This document shows, piece after piece, positions 14,931 through 30,045 of a stretch of 64,000 nucleotides of DNA. Source of the DNA: the human T2T-CHM13v2.0 reference genome, Homo sapiens. A program made the position numbers and the translations under genes. Below the pieces are notes generated by a model. That model did no database searches and was not told the DNA's origin. It saw only the letters and a list, made by a program, of their open reading frames with translations. The DNA is taken from the NCBI RefSeq assembly GCF_009914755.1, contig NC_060928.1. One strand, 5' to 3'. Each line of letters starts with the position of its first letter. Within the stretch, counting starts at the first letter, position 1.

Positions 14931-15812
14931 TCTGAAAAGTGCATTTTAATATTTATGGCTATATCCTTAAATCTCAGCGAAAGATTGGCATACATGCACA
15001 TATTCCAGTTAGCAGTATTATCACCAAAAGCACACATCAACATCCTTCTTGTTAACTGTGTTTTCAGGATGGCTGAGGGTTTCCTCATTTAAAAATACTT
15101 CATAATATTATCCATTTTGGGAAAAAAATGTATACACTTCACCATATGAAAGGCTATAATATGATAAAATCTAACCTTTTATGAATGCCTTAGAGATAAG
15201 GGAGGCAGCACTCCACAGATATTCCTGAATTAAATTTAAGTCAGAGATCAACCAATAATTACCTAAAATATCTGTATAGTTCTACTGAAATAGAATGAAT
15301 AATAAGCACTAATTCTACAAAGTAATAATTTAATATTACATAGACCCCATGGAAAACTAAAAAACACTGTGAATCTATAAGGCCAATTCCTTGTATTTTG
15401 TTAAGTCCCTTTTGTATTCTCAGAAACCCTGGCTACTCCTGGTTTGTAGTTCTGTAACAAAATGAAGACTTTCAGTTTGGGGGAGTATTTCTATTCTTAG
15501 AAATAAGTGGTGATTACAAACAGTGATGGGGTTACCTTCATTGTTCAAGGAGACTGAAGGGTAAAATGTTAAAAAGAATACCTGCTGAAAGCTTTGCAGA
15601 CTAATTTATTATTTTTAAATTCTTTCATTAGTCACAGACATGAGCATATTATTTACACTTGAATAAACCTGCCCTTTTAAAATTGAGAAGGGAATTAAAT
15701 TCAAAGGACTTTCTTATATAAAACAAAAATTTGCTTTCTGCAAAATTATTTTTATCCATCTTAAGATTCTATGCAGTTTGTCTGTTTCCTAATTTGAAAT
15801 TCAGACTATTAC

Positions 15813-15849
15813 AATGATAATAATAATGATGATAATAATAATAATAATA
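15813..15849. repeat. (AAT/GAT)n trinucleotide microsatellite
   Basis: ATGATAATAATAATGATGATAATAATAATAATAATA. Confidence 0.9.
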
Positions 15850-16279
15850 CCTCTTAGATGTACTAACTTGAGGCAGATGGAAATAGAAAATCCAAGCTGC
15901 TATTCAGCGTATAATCACTATGCAAATATTCCAGCAGCTTGTACGATTTTTCAAACTATTATCTCAAGAGCAACAAACCATTATACTGAAAAGTTGCAAA
16001 AGACAGCACAGTAAATAGATGTTATGCATGTAGAGTTTGGGACAATTTATAGTCAATTCAACAATGTTAAAATAAATCTAGTATTTTTAAAAGAATACAA
16101 GTAAGAAAAGGGAGGCTTGAAGATTATGTTTGAAAACATTTCCCTCCCTGCTATCTCTCTTTCTTTGTCTTCCCCATTATAGCCACATTTCTTTAAAAAA
16201 TAAAACAAAAACAGATTAAAAAGGAATATTTACTTCCTCACATCTTATTCTTTTAGGACCTATTGAAGCTCATCTATTA

Positions 16280-17970
16280 ATTTATTTAAAAAATATTAAC
16301 TGAAACCCTGTAATTTATGGTGTGCTGAAGATTGAATGGCAAGTCAAGTCATATATTGTACTTGTTGCCATGAAACTCCATCTACTTGGGTCAGTGGATA
16401 CCAAATGTGCATTACAAGGGAGAGTGTGTATGTTTTCAACTATAGTAGAGGGATTTGAATTATGAGGAGTTTAAGATGTCATCGATGAAGAGGTACACTG
16501 AGAAAAAAAAGTGTGTAAGTTAACCCAGCAGAGAGAAGAGGAAGGTGCATTTTAAAAAGAGACCAATGGCAGAAGTAAACCGAGAGAGTACACAGGAAAA
16601 AATGGGAATAGCTAAGCCTGAGAGGCATGGAGGGAGAGAGGTCTATAGAAGGATATTAGAACCAGGCCATATGGGCCTCAAAGGCCAGGTTAATAAGTTT
16701 TGTTTTATTCCCCAAAGCAACAAAAAGCCATGTTTATTTAGTTTTAAGGAAGTGGAGAGCATGATCAGATTTGCATTTTGAAGCAGTAACTTTGTCCACA
16801 CTGTGACGAAGGAAAATTTGCAGTGCAGGGCTGCAGAGCCTGTCACTGTACTGCAACTGTTCTTGTCTAGGGAGTTGACTACTTCTCTTTACCAACTAAA
16901 CCCAAAGGAAAGATTTTATTCTCAATCTTACTGGAACACATTTGTCTTCCTCGTGATTTTTTCCTAGGTCTGCTTCCATTGTCATATTAGCCACCCTCTC
17001 AAAGATTTCACTTACCTGGTGGCTTCATCTCTCCCTCCCACCCTATGTGTTGATGACTTTGAAATATGCAACTCAGAAGAGATGTCTTCTCCAGGCACTT
17101 CAAATGCAGTATGTTCAAAACTGAACTGTGTGATTGCCCTTTAATTTCAATGCTCTTTCAGCTTTGTTTACCTATGAATGACTTCTTTGTTCACATAAAC
17201 TAGGGTTATTCTTGAAACCACTATGGTCTCACTTACTGAATCAAACACCTATGTCATCCATTTCTGACCGTAATTCTCTCTCAAAGTCCGTTGCTGCCCT
17301 TGGTCTCCATAGGTAACTGTTTTGGTTTATCATCACCTTTCTGTTCACATAATTAAATATATCCTATTCTCTACAACTGCCCTCCCTGGAAACTGTTCTG
17401 CAAATGGTAGCCATAGGGATCTATGTAGAACAAGGTGGTCATTAGCTCTTTGCTGGGTAAAGCATTAGACAACTTCCCTTGTCATAAAGCCCAAACCCCT
17501 CAGCTACTCTTAAGGATCCTCATGACCTCTTCTCTCATATTTCTTGCCACCTGAAATCTACACTTTGGATTCACTTCAGTCGGACTGAAATGCATGACTT
17601 AATGTCCCCAAATATATGGTACTCTTTCAAATCTTCACACAGACTTTCAAATTTTGGTACAGACTATTCTCATTGTTTATTACACTCTTCTAAAACTTCC
17701 CTCTTGAGAGGGCTAAACTCAATTTTCAGGATTCTATATAGATTTCATTCCCACTTCTGCCCCCAGAAATTAGGTTTTCCTAATGCTTGAAATTGCGATT
17801 TGCCTCAGCATGGAATTCATTTTTTCACTTATATTTAAGTGAAGTCAGAGGTCATAAGCCATAGACTATTGAGACTGTCTATATTATTCAGCATTTTATC
17901 ACTTCTGCTTTTCACAAATACCTAGCACATACAGGTATGCATGAAATATTTACATGCATAATAAATAATT
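16280..17970. mobile_element. Two L2 relics in opposite orientation (~16280-16850 minus; ~16870-17970 plus)
   Basis: ATGATCAGATTTGCATTTTGAAG on the antisense copy. TGTTCAAAACTGAACT and CCTAGCACATACAGGTATGCATGAAATATTT on the sense copy. Confidence 0.6.
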
Positions 17971-19582
17971 GATGTTACCTATTTCTGATTTTTAAAAATG
18001 TATTATTAATATAATTTTAAATGTTTGTTTATTATTTCTAAGTATAGAGCTGAACAATTAATAAGAGTTCATAAAATGCTTATTAAATTGAAAATATTTG
18101 CAAATTTGAAAGTGGTGTAATAATATTAATTGTAATTACTAAAGAAGCTATGGTAAATGTTATTTATGTCATCTATAAATAACTTATTTTATAAACTTAT
18201 AATTCCTCTGAGTTATCATAACTTCTTAATGAAGTGATAAAAGAGTTTCAAGAATTAAACTCAGAAAAACTGTATCCAATGGTTTCGATATGCAAAGACT
18301 TTGACAGACAATGTAAAAAAATTTTAAAGGCCTGAAGTCAATTACCAACTTCAAATTATAAAAGTTTTAAGAAGAAATTCAGGAGGGACCCAGATTGCCA
18401 ACTAGAAGCAGCATCAGTCAGTGGCTCCCACTGAGAAGAACGAAAACGGCAAGTGAATCCTGCACCTTCAGCTGAGATATCCAGGTTCTCTCATGGGGAC
18501 TGACTAGGCAGTCGGAGTGACCCACAGAGAGCAAGGAAAAGCAGGGTAGAGCAACAGCCCACCTTGGAGCTGCACGGGGCAAAGGGAGCTGCCACCCCCA
18601 GCCAAGGGAGGTAGTGAGTGATTGTGCTACCCCACCTAGGAAACCATACTGTTTTCATGGATCTGTGCAACTCGCCCATCAGGAGATCCATTTGTGAGCT
18701 CATGCCACCAGGGCCTTGGGTTCCAAGCACAGAGCTGTGCAGATGCTTGGTGGCTGCTCAGGTTGCAACCAGCGGCAGCAGGCTGGACACTGCTTAAGAT
18801 GAACAAGTTGGGGGGAAGGGGTGCCTGCAACCACTGTGGCTCCAGTCTGCCATTTTCCCTTGCTGGTGCCCAGGATATGCACAGTACAGTGGCTGTGGCA
18901 GATAGTGGCCAGCCTGCTTCTTTAGGTGGGACCCTGATCCATTTCTCCTCAGCAGGTAGGGCTTCCCTGTGGGAATTTCAGAAACTCCAGCCAGGGGTTT
19001 ATGGATAGAACTCTGATCTCCCTGGAATGAAGCACCTGGGTGGAGGGGCAGTGGCAGTCTCTGCAGTTCAGCCAAATTAGTCTTTCTTGCATGCTGGCTC
19101 TGAAAAGTCCAGGCAGTCCAGATGAGAGGGACTACCCCCAGCACAGTGCATCCTCTCTGCCAATGGGCAGCCAGAGTGCTTCATTAAGTGAGTCCCTGAT
19201 CCCTTGCCTCCTGACTGGGTGAGACCCCCCACCGACAGGGGTCACTAGGCACCCTATACAGGAGCATTCCTGCCAGCATCAGGTCGGTGCCCCTCTGGGA
19301 TGGAGCTCCCAGAAGAAGTAGCAGGCAGCTATCTTTGCTGTTTTTCAGCATTCACTGGTGATGCCTCCAGGTGCAGGAGGAACCCAGGAGAATGGGGTCT
19401 GGAGTGGAACCCCAGCAAACCACAGCAGCCTGGCAAAGAAGGGCCTTACTGTTAAAAGAAAAACAAACCAAAAGCAACAACAACAACAACAACATCAACA
19501 AAAAATACCCCACAAAAACCCACCCAAAGGTCAGCAGCCTCAAAGATTGAAGGTAGATAAGTGGTGAATATGAGAAATAATT

Positions 19583-19879
<297 letters not shown>

Positions 19880-22800
19880 GAGAAATAATCAACAAAAAAA
19901 TGCCAAAAACTCAAAAAGCCAGAGTGCCTCTTCTCCAAATGATCGCAATACCTGTCCACCAAGGGCACAAAACTGGACGGAAGCTGAGATGGATGAATTG
20001 ACAGAAGTAGGCTTCAGAAGGTGGGTAGTAACAAACTTCTTTGAGCTACAGGAGTATGTTCTGACCCAAAGCAAAGAAGCTAAGAACCATGATAAAACAT
20101 TACAGGAGCTGTTAACCAGAATAACCAGTTTAGAGAGGAACATAAATGACCTGATGGAGCTGAAAAACACGACATGAGAACTTCACAGTGCAACCACAAG
20201 TATCAATAGCTGAATAGACCAAATGTAGGAAAGAATCTCAGAGCTTGAAGACTATCTTGCTGAAATAAGACTAGCAGACAAAATCGGTGAGAACCATGGA
20301 TTATATAAAAAGACTGAACCAACAACAAATTGGAGAACTTGAAAGAGACGGGTAGAACAGAACCAAGTTGGAAAACAAACTTCACGATACCATCCAGGCG
20401 AATTCCCTCACCTAGCATAACAGGACAACATTCAAATTCAGGAAGTCCAGAGAAGCCCAGTAGGATAATCCATAAGAAGATCAACCACAAGGCACATAAA
20501 CTCCAAGGTTGAAATGAAGGAAAAAAAATGTTAAGGGTAACCAGAGAGAAAGGTGAGGTCGCCTATAAAGCGAAGCCCATCAGACTAACAGTGGACATCT
20601 CAGTAGGACCCTAGAAGCCAGAAGAGATTGGGGAACTAACATTCAACATTCTTAAAGAAAAGATTTTCCAGCCCAGAATTTCATATCTGGCCAAACTAAG
20701 CTTCATAAGTGAAACAGAAATAAAACCCTTTTCAGACAAGCAAATGCTGAAGGAATTAGTCACTGCCAGGCCTGCCTTTCAAGAGCTCCTGAAGGAAGCA
20801 CTGAATATGGAAAGGAAAAACTGTTACTAGCCACTACAAAAAGACACTGAAGTACACACACCAATGACACTATGAAGCAACTACATTAATAAGTCTGCAA
20901 AATAGCCAGCTAGTATCATGATGACAGGATCAAATTTATGCATAATAATATTAACCTTAAATGAAAATGCACTAAATACCCCAATTAAAAAGACACAGAA
21001 TGGCAAGCTGGATAAAGAGTCAAGACCCATTGGCATGCTGTAGTTAAGAGACCCATCTCACGTGCCAAGACATACATAAGCTCAAAATTAAAGGAGGGAG
21101 GAAAATTTACCAAGCAAATGGAAAGCCAAAAAAGCATGGGCTGCAATCCTAATTACTGACAAAACAGCCTTAAATTAACAAAGATGAAAAAAAGACAAAG
21201 GCATTACATAATAATAAATGGTTCAATTCAACAAAAAGAACTATACTAAATATACATGCACCCAATACAGGAGCACCCAGATTCATAAAACAAATTCTTA
21301 GAGACCTACAAAGAGACTTAGACTCCCACAGGATAATAGTGGGATATTTTAACACCCTACTGTCAATATTAGATCACTGAGACAGAATATCAACAAATAT
21401 ATTCAGGACTTGAACTCAGCTCTGGATCAAATAGACCTGATAGATATCTACAGAACTCTCCACCCAAAAACAGCAGAATATAAATTCTTCTTGGTACCAC
21501 TTGGCATTTATTCTAAAATTGGCCACATAACTGGAAGTAAAACACTCCTCCTTAGCAAATGCAAAAGAACTGAAAGCATGACAAGCAGTCAAGCAGAACA
21601 AAGCACAATCAAATTAAAACTCAAGATTAAGAAACTCACTGAGAACCACCCAACTACATGGAAACTGAGCAACCTGCTCCTGAATGACTCTTGGGTGAAT
21701 AATGAAATTAAGGCAGAAATCAAGAAGTTATTTGAAACTAATTAGAACAAAGAAACAACATACCAGAATCTCTGAGATGCAGCTAAAGCAGTGTTAAGAG
21801 GAAAATTTATAGCACTAAATACCCACATCAAAAATCTAGAAAGATCTCAAATTGATATTGTAACATGACAACTGAAAGAGCTAGAGAACCAAGAGCAAAC
21901 CAACCCCAAAACTAGCAGAAGACAAGAAATAACTAAGATCAGAGCAGAACTGAAGGAAACAGAGACACAAAAAACCTTTCAAAAAAATAAATGAATCCAG
22001 GAGCTGGGTTTTTTTTTTTTTTTAAATTAATAAAATAGACCACTAGCTAGACTAGTAAAGAAAAAAAAAAGAGAGAATAACTGAATAGACACAATAAAAT
22101 GTGATAAAGGGGATATCACCACTGACCCCACAGAAATACAAACAACATACAGAGAATACTATAAACACCACTATGCAAATAAACTACAAAATCTGGAAGA
22201 AATGGTTAAATTCCTGAACACATACATCCTCCCAAGACTGAAATACGAAGAAGGTGAATCCGTGAATAGACCAATAATGAATTCTGAAATTGAGGCTGTA
22301 ACAAATAGCCACCAACCAAAAAAATCCCAGGACCAGATGGATTTACAGCTGAATTCTACCAGAGGTACAAAGAAGAGCTGGTACCATTTCTTCTGAAGCT
22401 ATTGCAAATAATTGATTAGGAGGGACTCCTCCCTAATTCATTTTATGGGGCCAAATTCATCCTGCTACCAAAACCTGGCAGAGATACAACAAAAAAAGAA
22501 AACTTCAGGCCAATATCCCTGCTGAACATTGATGCAAAAATCCTTAATAAAGTACTGTCAAACTGAATCCAGTAGCACATTAAAAAGCTTATCCACCACG
22601 ATCAAGTCAGCTTCATCCTCAATGCAAGGCTGGTTCAACTTATACAAATCAATAAATGTAAGTTATCACACAAACAGAACGAAAGACAAAACCACATCAT
22701 TATCTCAATAGATGCAGAAAAAGCCTTCAATAAAATTCACCATCTCTTTATATTAAAAATTCTCAATAAACTAGGTATTGAAGGAACATACCTCAAAATA

Positions 22801-23827
22801 ATAAGAGCCATTTATGACAAAACCACAGCCAATATACTGAATGAACAAAAGCTGGAAGCATTCCCTTTGAAAACTGGCAGATTTCAGAATGCCCTCTCTC
22901 ACCACTCCTATTCAACATAGTATTGGAACTTCCCGCCAGGGGAATCAGGCAAGAGAAAGAAGTAAAAGGCATTCATATAGGAAGACTGTAAGCAAATTGT
23001 CTTTGTTTGCATATGACATGATTCTATATCTAGAAAATCCCATCATCTCAGCCCAAAAGCTTCTTAAGCTGATAAGCAACTTCATCAAAGTCTTAGGATA
23101 CAAAATCAATGTGCAAAACTCACAAGCATTCCTATACACCCAGAACCAACAAGCAGAGACCCAAATCATGAATGAACTTTCATGTACAATTGCTACAAAA
23201 AGAATAAAATACCTAAGAATGCATCTAACAAGGGAAGTGAAATACCTCTTCAAGAAGAACTACAAACGACTGCTCAAAGAAATCAGAGAAGACAAAAACA
23301 AATGGAAAGGTATTCCATGCTTCCATGGATAAGAAGGATCAATACCATGAAAATGACCATACTGCCCAAAGTAATTCATAGATTCAATGCTATTCCCATT
23401 AAACTACCATTGACATTCTTCACAGAATTAGAAAAACCTATTTTAAAATTCATATCAAACCAAAAAAGAATCCATATAGCCAGAAAATCCTAAGCAAAAA
23501 GAACAAAAGTGGAGGCCTCATGCTACCTAACTTCAAACTATACTACAAAGCTAGTAACCAAAACAGCATGGTACTGGTACAAAAATAGACACATAGACCA
23601 GTGGAACAGAATAGAGCAGTCAGAAATAAGATTGCACATCTACACACATCTAATCTTCTACAAACCTGACAAAAACAAGCAATGAGGAAAAGTTTCTCTA
23701 TTTATTAAATGGTTTTGGGAGAACTGGTTAGCCATATGTAGAAAATTGAAACTGAAAGCCTTCCTTACACCTTATAAAAAAATTAACTCAAGATGAATTA
23801 AAGACTCAAATATAAAACCCAAAACTA

Positions 23828-24137
<310 letters not shown>

Positions 24138-24624
24138 CTATAAAATCCTTAGAAAATTTAGGCAACGCCATTCAGGATATAGGCACAGGTAAAGATTTTG
24201 TCATGAAAATGTCAAAAGCAATTGCAGCAAAAGCAAAAATTGACAAATGGGATCTAATTAAACTAAAGATCTGCACATCAAAAAAAAAAATAAAACAAAA
24301 ATCCTATCATCAGCGCAAACAGAAAACCTACATAATGGGAGAAAATTTTGCAATCTATTTATCTGACAAAGGTCTAATGTCCTGAATCTTCAAGGAAATT
24401 AAACAAATTTACAAGAAAAAAAAAAGACCCCATTAAAAAGTGGGCAAAAGGTATGAACAGAAACTTCTCAAAAGAAGACATTTATGTGGCCAACAAACAT
24501 GAAAAAAAGCTCAAGATCCCTGATGATTAAAGAAATGCAAATCAAAACCAAAATGAGATACCACCAGTGGTTTCCAGTGCCCTCACAAAAAGGTCAAACA
24601 ACCTAAACATATACTTTATCACTT

Positions 24625-24740
24625 AGCAGGAAAATTTTGAGAGTTAAAAGTGTTGCCAGTAAGTAATTATCTGGGGACAAGAGGTGCTATCAATAATTAT
24701 GATAGGACTGTTCTGGTCAACCAAGACAACATATAATCCT
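24625..24740. mobile_element. Possible hAT-Blackjack (MER94-like) relic
   Basis: GGACTGTTCTGGTCAACCAAGACAACATATAATCCT resembles the Blackjack terminal region. Confidence 0.4.
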
Positions 24741-24939
24741 TCTTCTTAGAGATGCTTTAAAATCCAGTGCCTACTTGCCTCTCCCAGCATCAAACCCAAA
24801 CCACAATGTGCTAATTTACTAACGTAGTGCATGTACTAGCCAGCCATAATGTACTACTATAATTCCCAAAATGTATTTTTTTTTAAATTTTGGCTATTTA
24901 GTACTTCACTTCTCTCTAATGATAGCCAACTCCTAATCA

Positions 24940-25620
24940 TCTTTCAGTTCCTTAGATATCACTTCCTCCAGGAAACCCCTGCTTTTACTACTGTTGGCAT
25001 TCTACCCTTTAGTACACTGACTACACTGTGCTGTAACCAAAGTTTGTTTCTATGCATGTTACCACCTGTGACCCCTGTTGGATTCCTTGAGAGCAGACTG
25101 TGGTAGCCACCGTTTTATCCTCCACTCCTGAAAAAAGAGGTCCCATAGAGTAAGCATTTCATCAGTGTTTGTTGAGCAAATAAACAAATCTATTTTCTTC
25201 TTGTCACTTCTCTTTGTGTTCTTCATTATTAAATGGGTAAAATAAGAATTGTGCCTATTTAATAGGATTTTTGTGGAATTTTTTTAGTACAATATACAAA
25301 AAATGCTTAGTGATTATCTGACAAAAAGACCATCTCAGTAAATTTTAGCAGTTATTATTCCTCGTGCTTAGATCAAATATATAACATGATATTTTTGCAA
25401 ATTATTTTCGTGATCATTTTCAGTCAGATCTATTTTATCTCACAAATTTTGTGCTTCTGTTTTAGATAATTCTCTCACCATTTGACTTGTAATTAGTGTA
25501 AAATAATCTGTCTTTCCCAGTAAGTTTTGAGTTCTTTGATAACAGACTCTCATCTCATTCACTGTGGATTTCCAGTGACAGACACAACACAGGCATTGAA
25601 TCAAACATCAGTGGAATATC
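24940..25620 (+). mobile_element. L2 3' ends and a MIR relic
   Basis: TTCCTTGAGAGCAGA...TGTTTGTTGAGCAAATAAA (L2), AAATGGGTAAAATAAG (MIR), TTCTTTGATAACAGACT (L2). Confidence 0.55.
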
Positions 25621-25740
25621 TTATGTTTAAAGAAAATTGAAGACTGAAGACATAGAATTGTGGGGTTCCTCATTGCAAGATAAAGTTGACAATGACTTTT
25701 TTTAAACTCCTGGTAAATAGATCATATTTACTTTGAAAGA

Positions 25741-25787
25741 TTTTTTGTTGTTGTTGTTGTTTGTTTGTTTGCTTGCTTGCTTGTTTT
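25741..25787. repeat. Compound (GTT)(GTTT)(GCTT) simple repeat
   Basis: Read directly from the sequence. Confidence 0.85.
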
Positions 25788-27159
25788 AAATAGTGGGAAA
25801 GTCCTAAGGCATTCAAAAGTAAAATAGTATTTTAGATTGTTGACATACTCTAGAAAGACTTTTCCTTCAATTTCTAATGCAGGCAACTAGCCATATACCT
25901 CATTTGAATTATTATTTCCAAATAATTCAGATGACAGTAGATTTGGAGGAATCTAAGAGCCCTTAAAAAACATCATTCCAAATTCTTTAATTTTAGAAAT
26001 GAGGAATTACACATATAGAGAAGCTAAGTAACTTTGAAATTCTAATTGGCAATAAAAAATCTGGGGAAATGCAATCACTAGCTATTTATCCCAATAGTTA
26101 ATGTCCTCAAAATCATCAGTAATTTAGATGAAACTGTCAGTTCAATGTATTCTAGATGCAGTATAGGTTTAATGGAAAGTCTGCTTGAATTATATCCCAT
26201 TTTATTGATGTTTCACTAATAAGTGTTCCAATGGACATAACAAATTCACCCTCAAACTTGAAATTTTTCCCTTGTTAAAATACTCCAGTTTAATTATGTT
26301 TAATTTAAAGTTGGAGTTTTAGGACTGCTGCTCATGGCTAGACATTGATTTTACCTGCATTAAGGAAATTCGATTACCTTGAATCATTTATATATATTTG
26401 TAAATCACGAACGGTGCTTTTCTGATGTTTGGGACTAATTATTTCCATGAATACAAACGTCAGCAATATGAAAAGCAAGTTGTGGAATGAAACAAACAAG
26501 TGGCACCAGAAAATATTGCCTGCATAATCCATTGTGTTCTTTATAACCAAATGCCATTTGAAACCGTGCACTGATGCAGATGGCAAGATAGAATTTAGAC
26601 TTTATGTAGTAGATAATATAATTTTATTTTGCTTCATTTTATTTCTGAATACTATATCTGAATAAACAAGCACATTAGTAAATGTGTGACAACATCTACC
26701 TTATTTATGTTTTTGTTTAGCCAGTGAACCATAGGCAGTAAGTGATTGTCCTTAACTTTTGTTTTTTGGTTAGAGGAGAATAACATAAGTAGTAACACGT
26801 GAATTGTTACAGGGTGAGTTATGCTTTGCAAAATACATTCTTAATCAGATAATTTGGTAATTATAACACAGACTCCAAAGTGTTGCAAAAATAAACTATC
26901 ACTTTAAAAAGAGCTTAATGCAATGCTGGGTACTTACTCATGAACTGATAATTTAACAAAATTTACCAATGGAAAGCAAGCTTTATTATTGTTAGTAAAT
27001 AGTATGCTCTATGAAAGAGAAGCTGAAAAGTGCTCACTTTATCTCAATACATTATTTCCCTTAAAAACGATACATAAGGAAAAAACTCTTTGTTAAACAC
27101 TGAAACAACTGGAACCAAAACAAGTTTTATGAAATTAAGTGGACAGAATTGTTCCCTAA

Positions 27160-27504
<345 letters not shown>

Positions 27505-28651
27505 TAGTTTTTTTTTTTTGTTTTTTGTTTTTGTTTTTAATAAGAATAGTTGGTTGGCACTCGTAAAGGTCTCTATTGGTATTGTTGTTATTAAACGAAA
27601 CACAGATAAACTGTTTAATTTTAAGATTTGTTAAAATATTTTTGTAGTACTTCCCTAGTTGCTATAGGAGCTGAAAGATAGAATATTTGTTGTGGAATTT
27701 GCAAACTAGTTGAGGCAATAAAATAGTGCACATAAAATGGCAATTACAGCAAAAGAAAACTATGACATTAAGTGCCTTAATTGTGCTGGTAATTATCAAA
27801 AGGCAATGATAATCAGCCACAATGTCCAACTGGCATTCTGTCAGCCAGCACTCTCCTGCAGAAACAGAGGGGTATGGTAGGTTCTCACTTGATGCCAATT
27901 CAACCTAGGCTAGAAATGACACCAAGAAATGGGCGGGGAAATAGTTGCAGAAGTGATGAGACTAGCTCTGCTTCTTGATGCCTTGCCACCCTTTCCAGAA
28001 TTCAAAAGCACGTTAACCATCATATGGAAGAACACCTTAATTTAGTTCAAACCATGAGGGAAAAGAGTGAGGCATTAGTGAAAAATATCATCTCATGTAA
28101 ATGTAGATATCTTGCTTACTTACTTAAAGAGGTTGTGCTTCCTATACTCACAGTTCCTCAAAGCATAATTGTAACGAGACTGGTGGTTTAAAATTTGCCA
28201 GTTTCTTTGTAATTGCATGGACTTTGCTGAGTCTCTAGGTATGATGAGCACAGTAATTTGAAACTGTAACCTGAGATTAAGGCAAATGATGCTTTCTAAT
28301 AGAAAAAGCTGAAACTAGTGTGATGAGCAGTAATGTCTTTAAAATTAAATTTTGTATTGGGTAAGTAAATAAATAAATAAAAGAATGAAAAATAGGAATA
28401 TCTCAATATGTTTATTATTCCTTAAGTTTTTGGATAGTGTAATATTAGTGTTGAAATAATTATTTCATATACGATCAAATATGTGTGTATATAGAAACAC
28501 AAATATTGACATACATACTTACATATAGGTAGATGAGATGGATATATAGATAATTATATTGGGTAGAAAGATTAAAAAATAGCTTCATGTGGGGCATTAT
28601 CCCCAAAATAAGTATCTAGGTAATGTACTTGTGAAATCAGTGTGGTCTGTG

Positions 28652-28685
28652 ATTACCATCTAGTGGCAGTGTCCTTGAATTGCAA
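28652..28685 (-). promoter_or_regulatory. Candidate CTCF site with upstream motif
   Basis: Minus strand reads TTGCAATTCAAGGACACTG-CCACTAGATGGTAAT. The core matches CCASYAGRKGG, and TGCAAT starts 18 nt upstream of it. Confidence 0.7.
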
Positions 28686-29739
28686 ATACTCAGTGCCAGT
28701 AGGAAACCCAAAGGGGATTATTTGGCCCATTCAACCCATTTTCTTGATGTAATGAATTATTATGAAACATCAGCAACCACACACCTACTATACAATATAT
28801 AATAGAGTTATATATTGTAAACACATTTTCACAAAATGGATGATTTCTACATGAAAGTTATTTAAATAAGGCTAATTGAAAAACATTTTAATTGAGTTTT
28901 GATAGCAAAATCAAAATTAGGCTTGAGAGGAAAGCAATTGAAAAAAATTGAGAGGAAAACAATATGTTTAAGTTGAATTTGATTACAGATAGTATAGTTT
29001 ACAAATAATAGAGTTTAGGAACTAAAAGTCCTGTGTATACTTTGACAATGGAGTTGGTCAATATTAAAATGTGTACATTTGGCTAAATAAAAATAGGCAG
29101 TGTTTGTGTTGAGATTTGAAGTTCAGACTAAACAGCACTGTAAGGGTAAAACATTTTTTAGCATGATAGAATGAGGACATAAAAATGTGACCATATAGCT
29201 ATATTGGTTATGTTGTTATGGGAGAAGATAAATTAGGAATTGTTTGCAATAATTTATAAGGTATGAGCACTGGTATTTCAGTAATTGTTGAGAAAATGCA
29301 AAGAAAGGGAAGAATATGTAAGCTTTGTCAAGAAAGAGGTAAAAATACTTGTCAAATTTGGCAGCGGAAACTTAAAAACTGAAGGTGTCTTTAAGGTTTT
29401 CAGTATGAAGATCTCAGAAACGATGGCGGTATTTTAAAAAGTATTTGAAAAATTAAAATTAAATATTACAGACCTTTGTTATAGGGTATCAATCTCATAA
29501 AAGATGTACCCATTTCTAAGGAATTTTTCTATAGTATGTCATTCAATCCTTCCAACTCTTCCTCCATTTTTAACCTGGGAGGCAAGGCAGGAATCAGGTT
29601 CAAATATATTACATCATTTTCCCAAGACTTTATTGCTAATATGTGGCTTCATTTGACCTCCAGACCCATCTACTCTAAAATTCATGATATTTTCCTTCTC
29701 TATGAAACTGATTGTTTGTTGTTTGGCATCTTGACAGAT

Positions 29740-30045
29740 TTTTTTTTATAATTTATTTTTTTCGAGGTGGAGTTTTGCTCTTGTTGCCCAGGCTGGAGTG
29801 CAATGGCACAGTCTTGGCTCACCACAACCTCTGCCTCCTGGGTTAAAGTGATTCTCCTGCCTCAGTCTCCCGAGTAGCTGGGATTACAGGCATGTGTCAC
29901 CATGCCTGGCTAATTTTGTATTTTTAGTAGAGACGGTGTTTCTCCATGTTGGTCAGGCAGGTCTCGAACTAACGACCTCAGGTGATCTGCCCACCTCAAC
30001 CTCCCAAAGTGCTAGGATTACAGGCATGAGCCACTGCACCCGGCC
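29740..30045 (-). mobile_element. AluSp/Sq
   Basis: GCTCTTGTTGCCCAGG, TGCAATGG, ACCACAACC and TCTCCATGTTGGTCAGG. Flanks share ACAGA followed by a T-run. Confidence 0.93.

Noticed and set aside
26374-26586. Minus-strand 70-aa hydrophobic ORF as a micropeptide
   Set aside because: I recognise no homology, and T-rich DNA yields hydrophobic peptides by chance. Kept only as a non-coding candidate.
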